From NCBI GenBank assembly GCA_964405325.1, contig CAYONM010000010.1, positions 12,445 to 36,444 of the forward strand: a stretch of 24,000 nt of DNA. Direction: 5' to 3'. This document shows, piece after piece, positions 17,971 to 24,000 of this stretch. The stretch comes from an uncultured candidatus Brocadiaceae bacterium (lineage in GTDB: Bacteria; Planctomycetota; UBA11346). The position numbers were made by a program, and so were the translations under genes. The number at the start of each line of letters is the position of its first letter. The stretch's first letter is position 1. Under the pieces are notes generated by a model. That model was not told where the DNA came from. It did no database searches and saw only the letters and a list, made by a program, of their open reading frames with translations.

Positions 17971-18777
17971 TCAGGATTCGAGTTCGATTCGGTTTTCCAG
18001 GCAGCCGATGCCAGGAATGCTGACCCGGATGGTATCGTCTGGCTGCAGGAAACGCGCCTGATCGTGGCAGCCGGGGGTGCCGAAGGGCGTGCCAGTGAAG
18101 ATCAGATCACCCGGATGCAGGCTGTGGCCTTGGGAGACAAAACTGATGCAGGTTTCCACTGGGTGAATCATGTCGGCTGTGTTGTCATCCTGGACGACGA
18201 TCCCGTTGAGCTCGGTACGCAGCGGTAGGCAATTTGGCTCGGTGATCTCGTCGGCGGTGACCAGACAGGGGCCGGCCGGCTTGTAGCCATCGAAACCCTT
18301 GCCCTTGGCCCACTGTCCGCCGACGTTCGGGCCTTGCCACTCGCCGGTGCAGATATCATTGCCGATGGTGTAGCCAAATGCGTATTCCAGGGCGTTTTCT
18401 GGTGCGATATTCTTGCCGGTTTTGCCGATTACCACCACCAGCTCACCTTCATATTTGGTCTTCTTGTGGGCCAGGGTCTTTGGCAGTGGCACCGTGCCGC
18501 CGTGGTGGTTCAGCGCGTTGGGCAATGAAAAATAGGTCACCGGATAGGGCGGTACGGTGGCACCCAGATGTTCGGCCAGACGGCGGTAATTGCAGCCGAT
18601 GCCGAGGATGGCGCCAGCCGTCGGCGACAATAACTGTTTGACCGTTACCTGCTCCTCAGTCGGCTGATAGTCGGAATAAATATCACCTGTGATGACGGTC
18701 GCCTGCTGATAGCGGTCGTCGACTGGTATGCCGTAACGGATTTGGTCTTCGGCATCAAGGAAGCGAATGAGTTTCAT
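17971..18777 (-). CDS. Fumarylacetoacetate hydrolase (FAH) family protein (268 aa); specific reaction not assignable
   Basis: FAH-fold motifs: GIGCNYRRLAEHLG, YEGELVVVIGKTGKNI, AFGYTIGNDICTGEWQ, GQWAKGKGFDGYKPAGPCLV, LNGIVVQDDNTADMIHPV and LHPGDLIFTGTPFG. The ATG at 18777 lies 3 nt after the aceB stop. Confidence 0.85.
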   Translation of the reverse strand: MKLIRFLDAEDQIRYGIPVDDRYQQATVITGDIYSDYQPTEEQVTVKQLLSPTAGAILGIGCNYRRLAEHLGATVPPYPVTYFSLPNALNHHGGTVPLPKTLAHKKTKYEGELVVVIGKTGKNIAPENALEYAFGYTIGNDICTGEWQGPNVGGQWAKGKGFDGYKPAGPCLVTADEITEPNCLPLRTELNGIVVQDDNTADMIHPVETCISFVSQGHSLHPGDLIFTGTPFGTPGCHDQARFLQPDDTIRVSIPGIGCLENRIELES

Positions 18778-18780
18778 CGC

Positions 18781-20334
18781 TCAGTCCAATATCTCGTAGG
18801 CGGGTAATGTCAGAAAGTCCGGGAAATCCTCGCGCAGGACCATGTCGTCCAGCAGCTTGGCGGCTTCCTTGATCCGCGGGAACTCGGCCAGTTTGGTCAG
18901 CTCGTCGTCACGTAATTGGCGATAGATGGCTTCGCTCATCACGCCCTCGCGTCGCCACAGCCACAGCATGGAGCGGCTGATCTCGGCGGTGGCGACGTCT
19001 TCCATCAGATTATTGATGGCCGCGGCGCCGTTGCCGTTGAGCCAGGCGCACAGATAGTGCAGGCCGATGGTAATATTTTCGCGCATGCCAGATTCGGTGA
19101 TGCGGCCATTGGGAATGCTGAAGTCGCGCAATTGTTCGGCACTGATCGCAACCTCTTCGCGTCGGCGCTGCTTCTGATGCGGCTGCTCGCCCAGCTGTTG
19201 GTCGAAGGCCTCCTGGGCCACGGCGACCAGGTCTGGATGCGCCACCCAAGTACCGTCGCAACCCTGGCCGACTTCGCGTTGCTTGTCGGCGCGGACCTGC
19301 TTCAGGGCGCGCTCGGTCACCGCCGGGTCACGTCGGTTGGGAATGAAAGCTGACATGCCGCCAATGGCGTGGGCGCCACGTTTGTGGCAGGTGCGAACCA
19401 GCAATTCGGTGTAGGCATGCATGAAGGGAACGGTCATGCCCACTTGGCCGCGATCGGCGAAGCGGAGGCCGCGGCGCTGACGATTGGTTTTGATGCAGGA
19501 AAAAATGTAGTCCCAGCGACCGGCGTTCAGGCCGCAGATATGATCCTTCAATTCATGCAGGATCTCGTCCATCTGGTAGGCGGCGTGGATCGTCTCGATC
19601 AGGACCGTGGCCCGGATGCTGCCGGCGGGAATGCCGAGATACTCCTGGGCGAAGATGAAGACCTCGTTCCACAAGCGGGCTTCCAGATGATGCTCCAGCT
19701 TGGGCAGGTAGAAGGCGGGGGTCTCGCCGCGCGCCAGTCGCTCCTGGGCATTGTGGAACAGGTACAGCCCGCAGTCGAACAAGGAGCCGCTCATCGGTTG
19801 GCCATCAATCAGCAGATGTCGCTCGGGCAGGTGCCAGCCGCGTGGGCGCACCAACAGCGTGGCGATCTGGTCGGCCAGTTCGTAGGTTTTGCCTTTGGCG
19901 CTGTCTGCAAAGCGGATCTGTTTCCGGACCGCATCGATCAGATTGACCTGTCCCCGGAGCTGGTTGGCCCAGGTGGGGCTTTGCGCGTCCTCGCAGTCGG
20001 CCATGAACACCTTGGCGCCACTGTTGAGGGCGTTGATCATCATCTTGCGCTCGCAGGGTCCGGTGATTTCGACCCGACGGTCTTGGAGATCGGCCGGCAC
20101 CGGCGCCACCTGCCAGTCGCCGGCGCGGATGGCGGCGGTTTCTGGCAAGAAGTCCGGTTCGGTACCGGCATCGATAGCTGCTTGGCGGGCCTGGCGCGCT
20201 GCCAGCAGTTCCTGCCGTTTGGGCTCGAAGCGCTCATGCAGGGCCAGCAGGAAGGCCAGGGCCTGGTCGGTCAGGATCTGAGTGGAGGCCGGATGATCGT
20301 GGGTGAGTTGGATGCGGTCGGTCAGCGTGGGCAT
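18781..20334 (-). CDS. aceB: Malate synthase A (517 aa)
   Basis: [139 protein letters not shown]. The length fits the A-type (about 530 aa) enzyme. AGGAG lies 7 nt upstream of ATG 20334. Confidence 0.9.
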   Translation of the reverse strand: MPTLTDRIQLTHDHPASTQILTDQALAFLLALHERFEPKRQELLAARQARQAAIDAGTEPDFLPETAAIRAGDWQVAPVPADLQDRRVEITGPCERKMMINALNSGAKVFMADCEDAQSPTWANQLRGQVNLIDAVRKQIRFADSAKGKTYELADQIATLLVRPRGWHLPERHLLIDGQPMSGSLFDCGLYLFHNAQERLARGETPAFYLPKLEHHLEARLWNEVFIFAQEYLGIPAGSIRATVLIETIHAAYQMDEILHELKDHICGLNAGRWDYIFSCIKTNRQRRGLRFADRGQVGMTVPFMHAYTELLVRTCHKRGAHAIGGMSAFIPNRRDPAVTERALKQVRADKQREVGQGCDGTWVAHPDLVAVAQEAFDQQLGEQPHQKQRRREEVAISAEQLRDFSIPNGRITESGMRENITIGLHYLCAWLNGNGAAAINNLMEDVATAEISRSMLWLWRREGVMSEAIYRQLRDDELTKLAEFPRIKEAAKLLDDMVLREDFPDFLTLPAYEILD

Positions 20335-20364
20335 GGGCGAACTCCTGGGCGAAGCCTAGCGGCA

Positions 20365-20415
20365 ATTCTGTAGGATGAAAAACAGTTTCAAAAGGTGAAA
20401 ATGTTGATACTTTTC
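20365..20415. promoter_or_regulatory. aceB/iclR divergent control region: two GAAA..TTTC palindromes (candidate IclR-type operators) overlapping a candidate aceB promoter
   Basis: TGAAA-AACAG-TTTCA at 20376-20390 is a 15-bp palindrome, the same length and arm type as the E. coli IclR box TGGAAATNATTTCCA. GAAAA-N9-TTTTC lies at 20397-20415. On the minus strand, TTGAAA (20391-20386), a 15-nt spacer and CAGAAT (20370-20365) could form the aceB promoter. The first palindrome covers its -35. Confidence 0.35.
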
Positions 20416-20462
20416 GGACATCTGGGCATCGGTCCGGCCACCAGATTACGAGAGGGGATCCG

Positions 20463-21224
20463 ATGGTCGCAGCCAGTGTAAAGCCGAATCAGAGTCTGGG
20501 CCGGGCTTTCAGTGTTCTGGAATACCTGGCCGAGCATCCGGGAGCGCGGCTGAAGGATGTGGCTGCCGGCACCGAGCTGGCAGCGCCCACGGCGCTGCGC
20601 TTTCTTGGTACGTTGGTGGAGTTGGGTTATGTCCAGCAGCACGAGCACGGTTACGTGATCGGCGCCCGCCTGGCCTCGCTGAGCCGGGGCATGTGGTCCG
20701 GCGATGTGGCCGGGACGATCGCCGCCAGTCTGGCCGAGGTTGCCGATCAGTTGGGCTGCACCGCCTTCTTTGTGTTGCGCGATCGTGATGAAGCTATCTA
20801 CGTGCAGCGGGCGCAACCGCGCCAGGCGGCTTTCGTTAGCACCCAGCGGATCGGCAAACGGGTGCCGCTGTATTGCTCGGGTGTCGGGAAGGTGTTTCTC
20901 GCTGGCGACCCGTTGCATAAACGACAGCAATATTGTCAACGTGCGGAGTTGAATCGATATACCGACGCCACCATTACCGAACCGATGGCCTTGTTGCGGC
21001 ATCTGGAGCAGGTTGCCAATCAGGGCTATGCCGTGGACGATCAGGAATGTGAAACCGGCGTCCGTTGTCTGGCGGTACCGGTCCGGGATGGGCAGCAGCG
21101 CTTGCGCGCTGCGATGTCGGTCAGCGGACCGCTGGCGAGTTTTCCGCCGGATCAGCAGGCCTTGCCCGTCCTGCAGCAAGCGGCAACGGCCTTGGCGCCC
21201 TATCTGCAGGAGGGCGCCTGGTAG
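20463..21224 (+). CDS. iclR: IclR-family transcriptional regulator (253 aa), divergent from aceB
   Basis: N-terminal wHTH LGRAFSVLEYLAEHPGARLKDVAAGTELAAPTALRFLGTLVELGYVQQ. C-terminal IclR effector domain pattern (..GKRVPLYCSGVGKVFLA.., GYAVDDQECETGVRCLAVPV.., AMSVSGP). GAGAGGGGA lies upstream of the ATG. Confidence 0.85.
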   Translation: MVAASVKPNQSLGRAFSVLEYLAEHPGARLKDVAAGTELAAPTALRFLGTLVELGYVQQHEHGYVIGARLASLSRGMWSGDVAGTIAASLAEVADQLGCTAFFVLRDRDEAIYVQRAQPRQAAFVSTQRIGKRVPLYCSGVGKVFLAGDPLHKRQQYCQRAELNRYTDATITEPMALLRHLEQVANQGYAVDDQECETGVRCLAVPVRDGQQRLRAAMSVSGPLASFPPDQQALPVLQQAATALAPYLQEGAW

Positions 21225-21257
21225 TGCTGTGGTTCGGTCTTCGGGTCGGAATTGCCC

Positions 21258-23546
21258 TTATCGTGTGACCACCGCATCTGGCCCGACTTGCTGGTAATCC
21301 AGGCCGATGGTGCCCAGCGCCATTTTGCCGGACGTGGCGCCGCCGGCCGGATGCGTGCTGATCACCAGCGCGTCGTCGGCCGGGAAACTCAGGGGGACGC
21401 CACCGACGAATGTATGCTCGGCAAGCGTGTCGCCGGTAGTGTCGATGCTCAGGCGGTAAACGCCGTCGGCATCCACGTCCAGGCGGAAGGCTGGGGCCGA
21501 TTGCGGATCGATGTCGCTCAGGACGTCGGTGAGATCTTCGACCAGCAGGCTGTCGTCCTTCTGTGCCTGTCCCAGGCTGTAACCGGCGGGGACGCGCCAC
21601 AGGCCGCATTGCACCGGGTTACCGTTGTAGTCACCCAGCTGCCATTTCGCGCTGCCGTTGTTGCCGGCGGCGGGCTGATAGCGGAAGGCCAGAGCCAGAA
21701 CCAGACCATCGGCCGAGCTCTGATTGCCGCCACTGATGCCGATGCCGTGCAGTACCGGCATGGTGCTGATGTCGTCGGCGTAGCGGGCTAGGCGCAATTG
21801 CGCATCTTGGGCCTGATGCTGATCAAAGACGTCGCCTGCTTCGCCGCTGACCAGATCCCAGCTGCGCAGGCGGATCCAATAATCGATGCCAGCCGGGCCG
21901 ACCAGGGTGTTGCTGCTCCAGCCGCGTTTGCCGGCGGCATTGGCGCCGCTCCATTGCACGGTGTCCAGACTCCCGCTGACCGCGTCGCCATCGGTCAGGC
22001 TGACACCAGCTACGATGCCATTGGCGGCCATGGTGGTGGGGCGCTGTAATACTGGGCTGTAATGTTGCCGGGCCCAGCGGAAACCGGCCACGGTATCGGT
22101 ACGGACTGCCGCCACCTGCTGCTGGATGTCGCGGTCTGCGACGGTGAGGTCGAACAGTTGGAGGTCATCCAGGTCGCCGGTAAAATAGGCGTACGGCTCG
22201 CCGGCCAAGCGACCGATATTCAGCGGCAGTTCGCCGCCGCGCAGGGCGGTCAGGGTGCCGTCGGATGCGGTTTCGATGCCATCGACATAGAGTTTGGCGC
22301 TCGTGCCATCAACCATGGCGGCGACATGATGCCATTCATTGGCGGGCAGATCGACATTTTCGGCGCGCGCGACATTGCCGCTTCCGCCAGTGACCGTCAG
22401 TACATTCAGGGCTGGATTATATTCCAGTTCGTAGCCGATGGCATCGTCATAGGCGATTTTTTTCGAGAGGATGCGCATGAAGGTGTTCAGCTCCGCGTCG
22501 GCGATGCGGATCCAGGCGCTCATGCCCAGTTGTCCGGTGATGGCCAGTCCCGGGCCATTGGCAGTTTCCAGCCAGGCATTTTCGTGCTCCAGTCGGATGG
22601 CACCGCCAATGGCGCCATCGGGAATCCAGGCGGCTTCGCCCATCAACGTCGCGTCGTGACCATGGCCGGACAGATCGCCGGCAACGGTACCGGTCTGTTC
22701 ATCGAAACTCCAATGCGCGACCAGTCCCGTGCGACTGCCGGAAAGGGCCTGGAATTCGCTCGGGCTGATGACCCGATTGTAGATCCGCAGCTCGTCCACC
22801 ACGCCGTTCAGGCGACCACCTCCGTGATGATTGCGGCCGACCCAGAGATCGGTTTTCGGAGCTTTGAGGCGATCGATTGTGCCGATTGTGGTGCGTTCGG
22901 TGCCGTCGACATAGAGACGAGCGTCTTCACCATGGATCAGTACTGTGATATGATGCCAGGTGGTGCCAAGATTGGTACGGTGCGCCTGGGCGATTTGCTG
23001 GCCGGAGCTGATCAGATTCAGCTCTTCACTGACCGGATTGTATTCCAGCTCGAAACCTTTGGGCTGATGCCAGTCGTCCTTGCAGGAGACCAGGCGCATA
23101 TAGCCATCGACCGATGGATCATCGATGCGCACAAACAAGCTGATGGTCAGTTGCTCGCCAATGCCTTGTAACGCCTGCTGGTCGATCTGCACGCCACCGC
23201 CATCGATCACCATGATCCCACCGGCATCGAAGCCGGGAGCCCAGGTGGCCGGGCTGATCAGATTGCCGTCGTTGCCCTGGGCAGATTGGTCGGCCACGAT
23301 GTTGCCAGACTGTTCGTCGCAGGACCAGTAGCCCAGCAGGCCCGAGGTGGCCACACTGTTCAGCTGATAGGCGGTTGGCTGGTAGGCGGTTTCGGCATTC
23401 TGGGCGTAGACTTGGAACGTTGAGTTGTCGTCGCTCGCCTGCTGGGCGGACGCGCTGTCGTCGGAGCCACCGCCGCAGGCGCTCAGGCCCATGCCAAGTC
23501 CGATACAACAAACACCATTCAGGAGGGTATTGAGCTTGATGGTCAT
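21258..23546 (-). CDS. Lipoprotein with two tandem LamG/concanavalin-A-like domains and an unassigned ~280-aa C-terminal domain (762 aa from ATG 23546)
   Basis: The ORF-track start (23885) adds 113 aa of Arg/Gln-rich sequence with no signal peptide. The in-frame ATG 23546 is preceded by GGAGAC and gives MTIKLNTLLNGVCCIGLGMGLSAC, with lipobox L-S-A-C (Cys24). LamG 1 spans aa ~68-268 (nt 22743-23345): LLGYWSCDEQSGNIVADQSAQGNDGNL ... WHHITVLIHGEDARLYVDG ... VDELRIYNRVISPSEFQAL. LamG 2 spans aa ~273-470 (nt 22137-22730): LVAHWSFDEQTGTVAGDLSGHGHDATL ... WHHVAAMVDGTSAKLYVDG ... LDDLQLFD. For aa ~480-762 (nt 21261-22108) I recognise no family. Confidence 0.8.
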   Translation of the reverse strand: MTIKLNTLLNGVCCIGLGMGLSACGGGSDDSASAQQASDDNSTFQVYAQNAETAYQPTAYQLNSVATSGLLGYWSCDEQSGNIVADQSAQGNDGNLISPATWAPGFDAGGIMVIDGGGVQIDQQALQGIGEQLTISLFVRIDDPSVDGYMRLVSCKDDWHQPKGFELEYNPVSEELNLISSGQQIAQAHRTNLGTTWHHITVLIHGEDARLYVDGTERTTIGTIDRLKAPKTDLWVGRNHHGGGRLNGVVDELRIYNRVISPSEFQALSGSRTGLVAHWSFDEQTGTVAGDLSGHGHDATLMGEAAWIPDGAIGGAIRLEHENAWLETANGPGLAITGQLGMSAWIRIADAELNTFMRILSKKIAYDDAIGYELEYNPALNVLTVTGGSGNVARAENVDLPANEWHHVAAMVDGTSAKLYVDGIETASDGTLTALRGGELPLNIGRLAGEPYAYFTGDLDDLQLFDLTVADRDIQQQVAAVRTDTVAGFRWARQHYSPVLQRPTTMAANGIVAGVSLTDGDAVSGSLDTVQWSGANAAGKRGWSSNTLVGPAGIDYWIRLRSWDLVSGEAGDVFDQHQAQDAQLRLARYADDISTMPVLHGIGISGGNQSSADGLVLALAFRYQPAAGNNGSAKWQLGDYNGNPVQCGLWRVPAGYSLGQAQKDDSLLVEDLTDVLSDIDPQSAPAFRLDVDADGVYRLSIDTTGDTLAEHTFVGGVPLSFPADDALVISTHPAGGATSGKMALGTIGLDYQQVGPDAVVTR

Positions 23547-23593
23547 GACCTGTCTCCATTCCGGTCTGAACTTAACCTTTCTAAACAAGTAAA

Positions 23594-23622
23594 GCAAGCG
23601 TTTGCGCAGTTTTCGCGCTTGC
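23594..23622. promoter_or_regulatory. 7-bp inverted repeat in the divergent intergenic region (possible operator or hairpin)
   Basis: GCAAGCG (23594-23600), 15-nt spacer, CGCTTGC (23616-23622). It lies between the LamG lipoprotein start (23546) and the + strand ORF start (23652). No known motif assigned. Confidence 0.15.
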
Positions 23623-23651
23623 CTGGGCCAATCAGCCCGGAGCGTTGTGAT

Positions 23652-24000
23652 ATGAGTCAGCATGTCTATCTCGCGGACCCAGATTATGTGGCGCAATTGC
23701 ACACGGAACTGGCGGATTGGGGCCGATTGGAACAACTGGACGATCGTCTGTTTCTGCTGTCTGGTCCGGCGCGGCCATCGGCCTGGGCGGTCTGCATCTG
23801 GTTCGAGGTGGAGCGTTTGCCGATCAGCTCCATCGGCAAGGCTGCTGCGCTGTTGCGGGAGCGGGGTCCATATTGGGATCTGCATGTCAGTGCCGCCGCT
23901 CGCCGCAGCCGTCTGGTGGCCGATAAGCTGTTGCGCATCCGTGACAAAACCTGGGAATTTCCGCTGACCTGGCAGCCCAAGCCGCGTGGCGCGTTCACCC
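23652..24000 (+). CDS. Open-ended ORF (N-terminal 116 aa; 3' end outside the window), possibly an RlmM-like (COG2933) SAM-dependent rRNA 2'-O-methyltransferase N-domain
   Basis: Absent from the supplied track because it has no stop in the window. My translation from ATG 23652: MSQHVYLADPDYVAQLHTELADWGRLEQLDDRLFLLSGPARPSAWAVCIWFEVERLPISSIGKAAALLRERGPYWDLHVSAAARRSRLVADKLLRIRDKTWEFPLTWQPKPRGAFT. The composition is protein-like, unlike the Cys/Arg/Trp-rich track ORFs 23662-23967 and 23717-23926. The pattern W..(I/V)W......I.SI..AA..LR...(R).W........RR..L....L......FP resembles the N-terminal region of RlmM-like methyltransferases as I remember them. Confidence 0.45.
   Translation, partial: MSQHVYLADPDYVAQLHTELADWGRLEQLDDRLFLLSGPARPSAWAVCIWFEVERLPISSIGKAAALLRERGPYWDLHVSAAARRSRLVADKLLRIRDKTWEFPLTWQPKPRGAFT

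Noticed and set aside
19369-20373. 334-aa ORF antisense to aceB
   Set aside because: Same reasoning: it lies opposite a strongly conserved malate synthase frame, its composition is typical of GC-rich antisense translation, and it extends into the promoter region without any start context.
22062-23171. 369-aa ORF antisense to the LamG lipoprotein gene
   Set aside because: The minus-strand frame carries a duplicated LamG motif pattern and a lipobox. The plus-strand product is Gly/Asp/Ala/Ile-rich with no motif. I judge it spurious.
23547-23885. 113-codon N-terminal extension of the LamG protein ORF
   Set aside because: The extension is Arg/Gln-rich, has no signal peptide and would bury the lipobox internally. 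ATG 23546 has an SD-like GGAGAC and yields a canonical lipoprotein signal peptide.
23919-23926. GCCGATAA, identical to the sigma28 (FliA) -10 consensus
   Set aside because: It lies inside the coding frame of the 23652 ORF and has no TAAA -35 element about 15 nt upstream. It is probably a chance occurrence.

Overview
GC-rich (judged by eye, not computed), densely coding bacterial chromosomal window. I call 18 protein-coding genes or fragments. I recognised no rRNA, tRNA, CRISPR array, IS element or integrase.

Layout:
- (i) 1-3642 (+): tail of a flagellar operon, motA(partial)-motB-motB paralog-fliL-fliM-fliN.
- (ii) 3665-13299 (-): a tightly packed four-gene operon converging on fliN. It encodes two giant membrane proteins of 1326 aa and 1158 aa with the same unusual domain order: cytoplasmic DUF4388/PATAN-like domain, one TM helix, a long helical region, a PEGA-like domain and a C-terminal PQQ/BamB-like beta-propeller. 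These are followed by tsaE and a multi-TM processive-type family-2 glycosyltransferase.
- (iii) 13426-17219 (+): an LD-carboxypeptidase-like gene whose stop overlaps the GTG start of uvrA.
- (iv) 17512-17901 (+): a secreted cytochrome b562-like protein, followed by a perfect palindromic bidirectional terminator.
- (v) 17971-20334 (-): a malate synthase A plus FAH-family hydrolase operon, with a divergent IclR-family regulator (20463-21224) and palindromes in the shared control region.
- (vi) 21258-23546 (-): a lipoprotein with two tandem LamG domains and an unassigned C-terminal domain.
- (vii) 23652-24000 (+): an open-ended ORF missing from the supplied track.

The best candidate for something undescribed is the PATAN/coiled-coil/PEGA/propeller gene pair, together with its operon link to a processive glycan synthase and its position next to stator and switch genes. 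All domain calls are hand motif recognition, with no database search, and need profile or structure confirmation.
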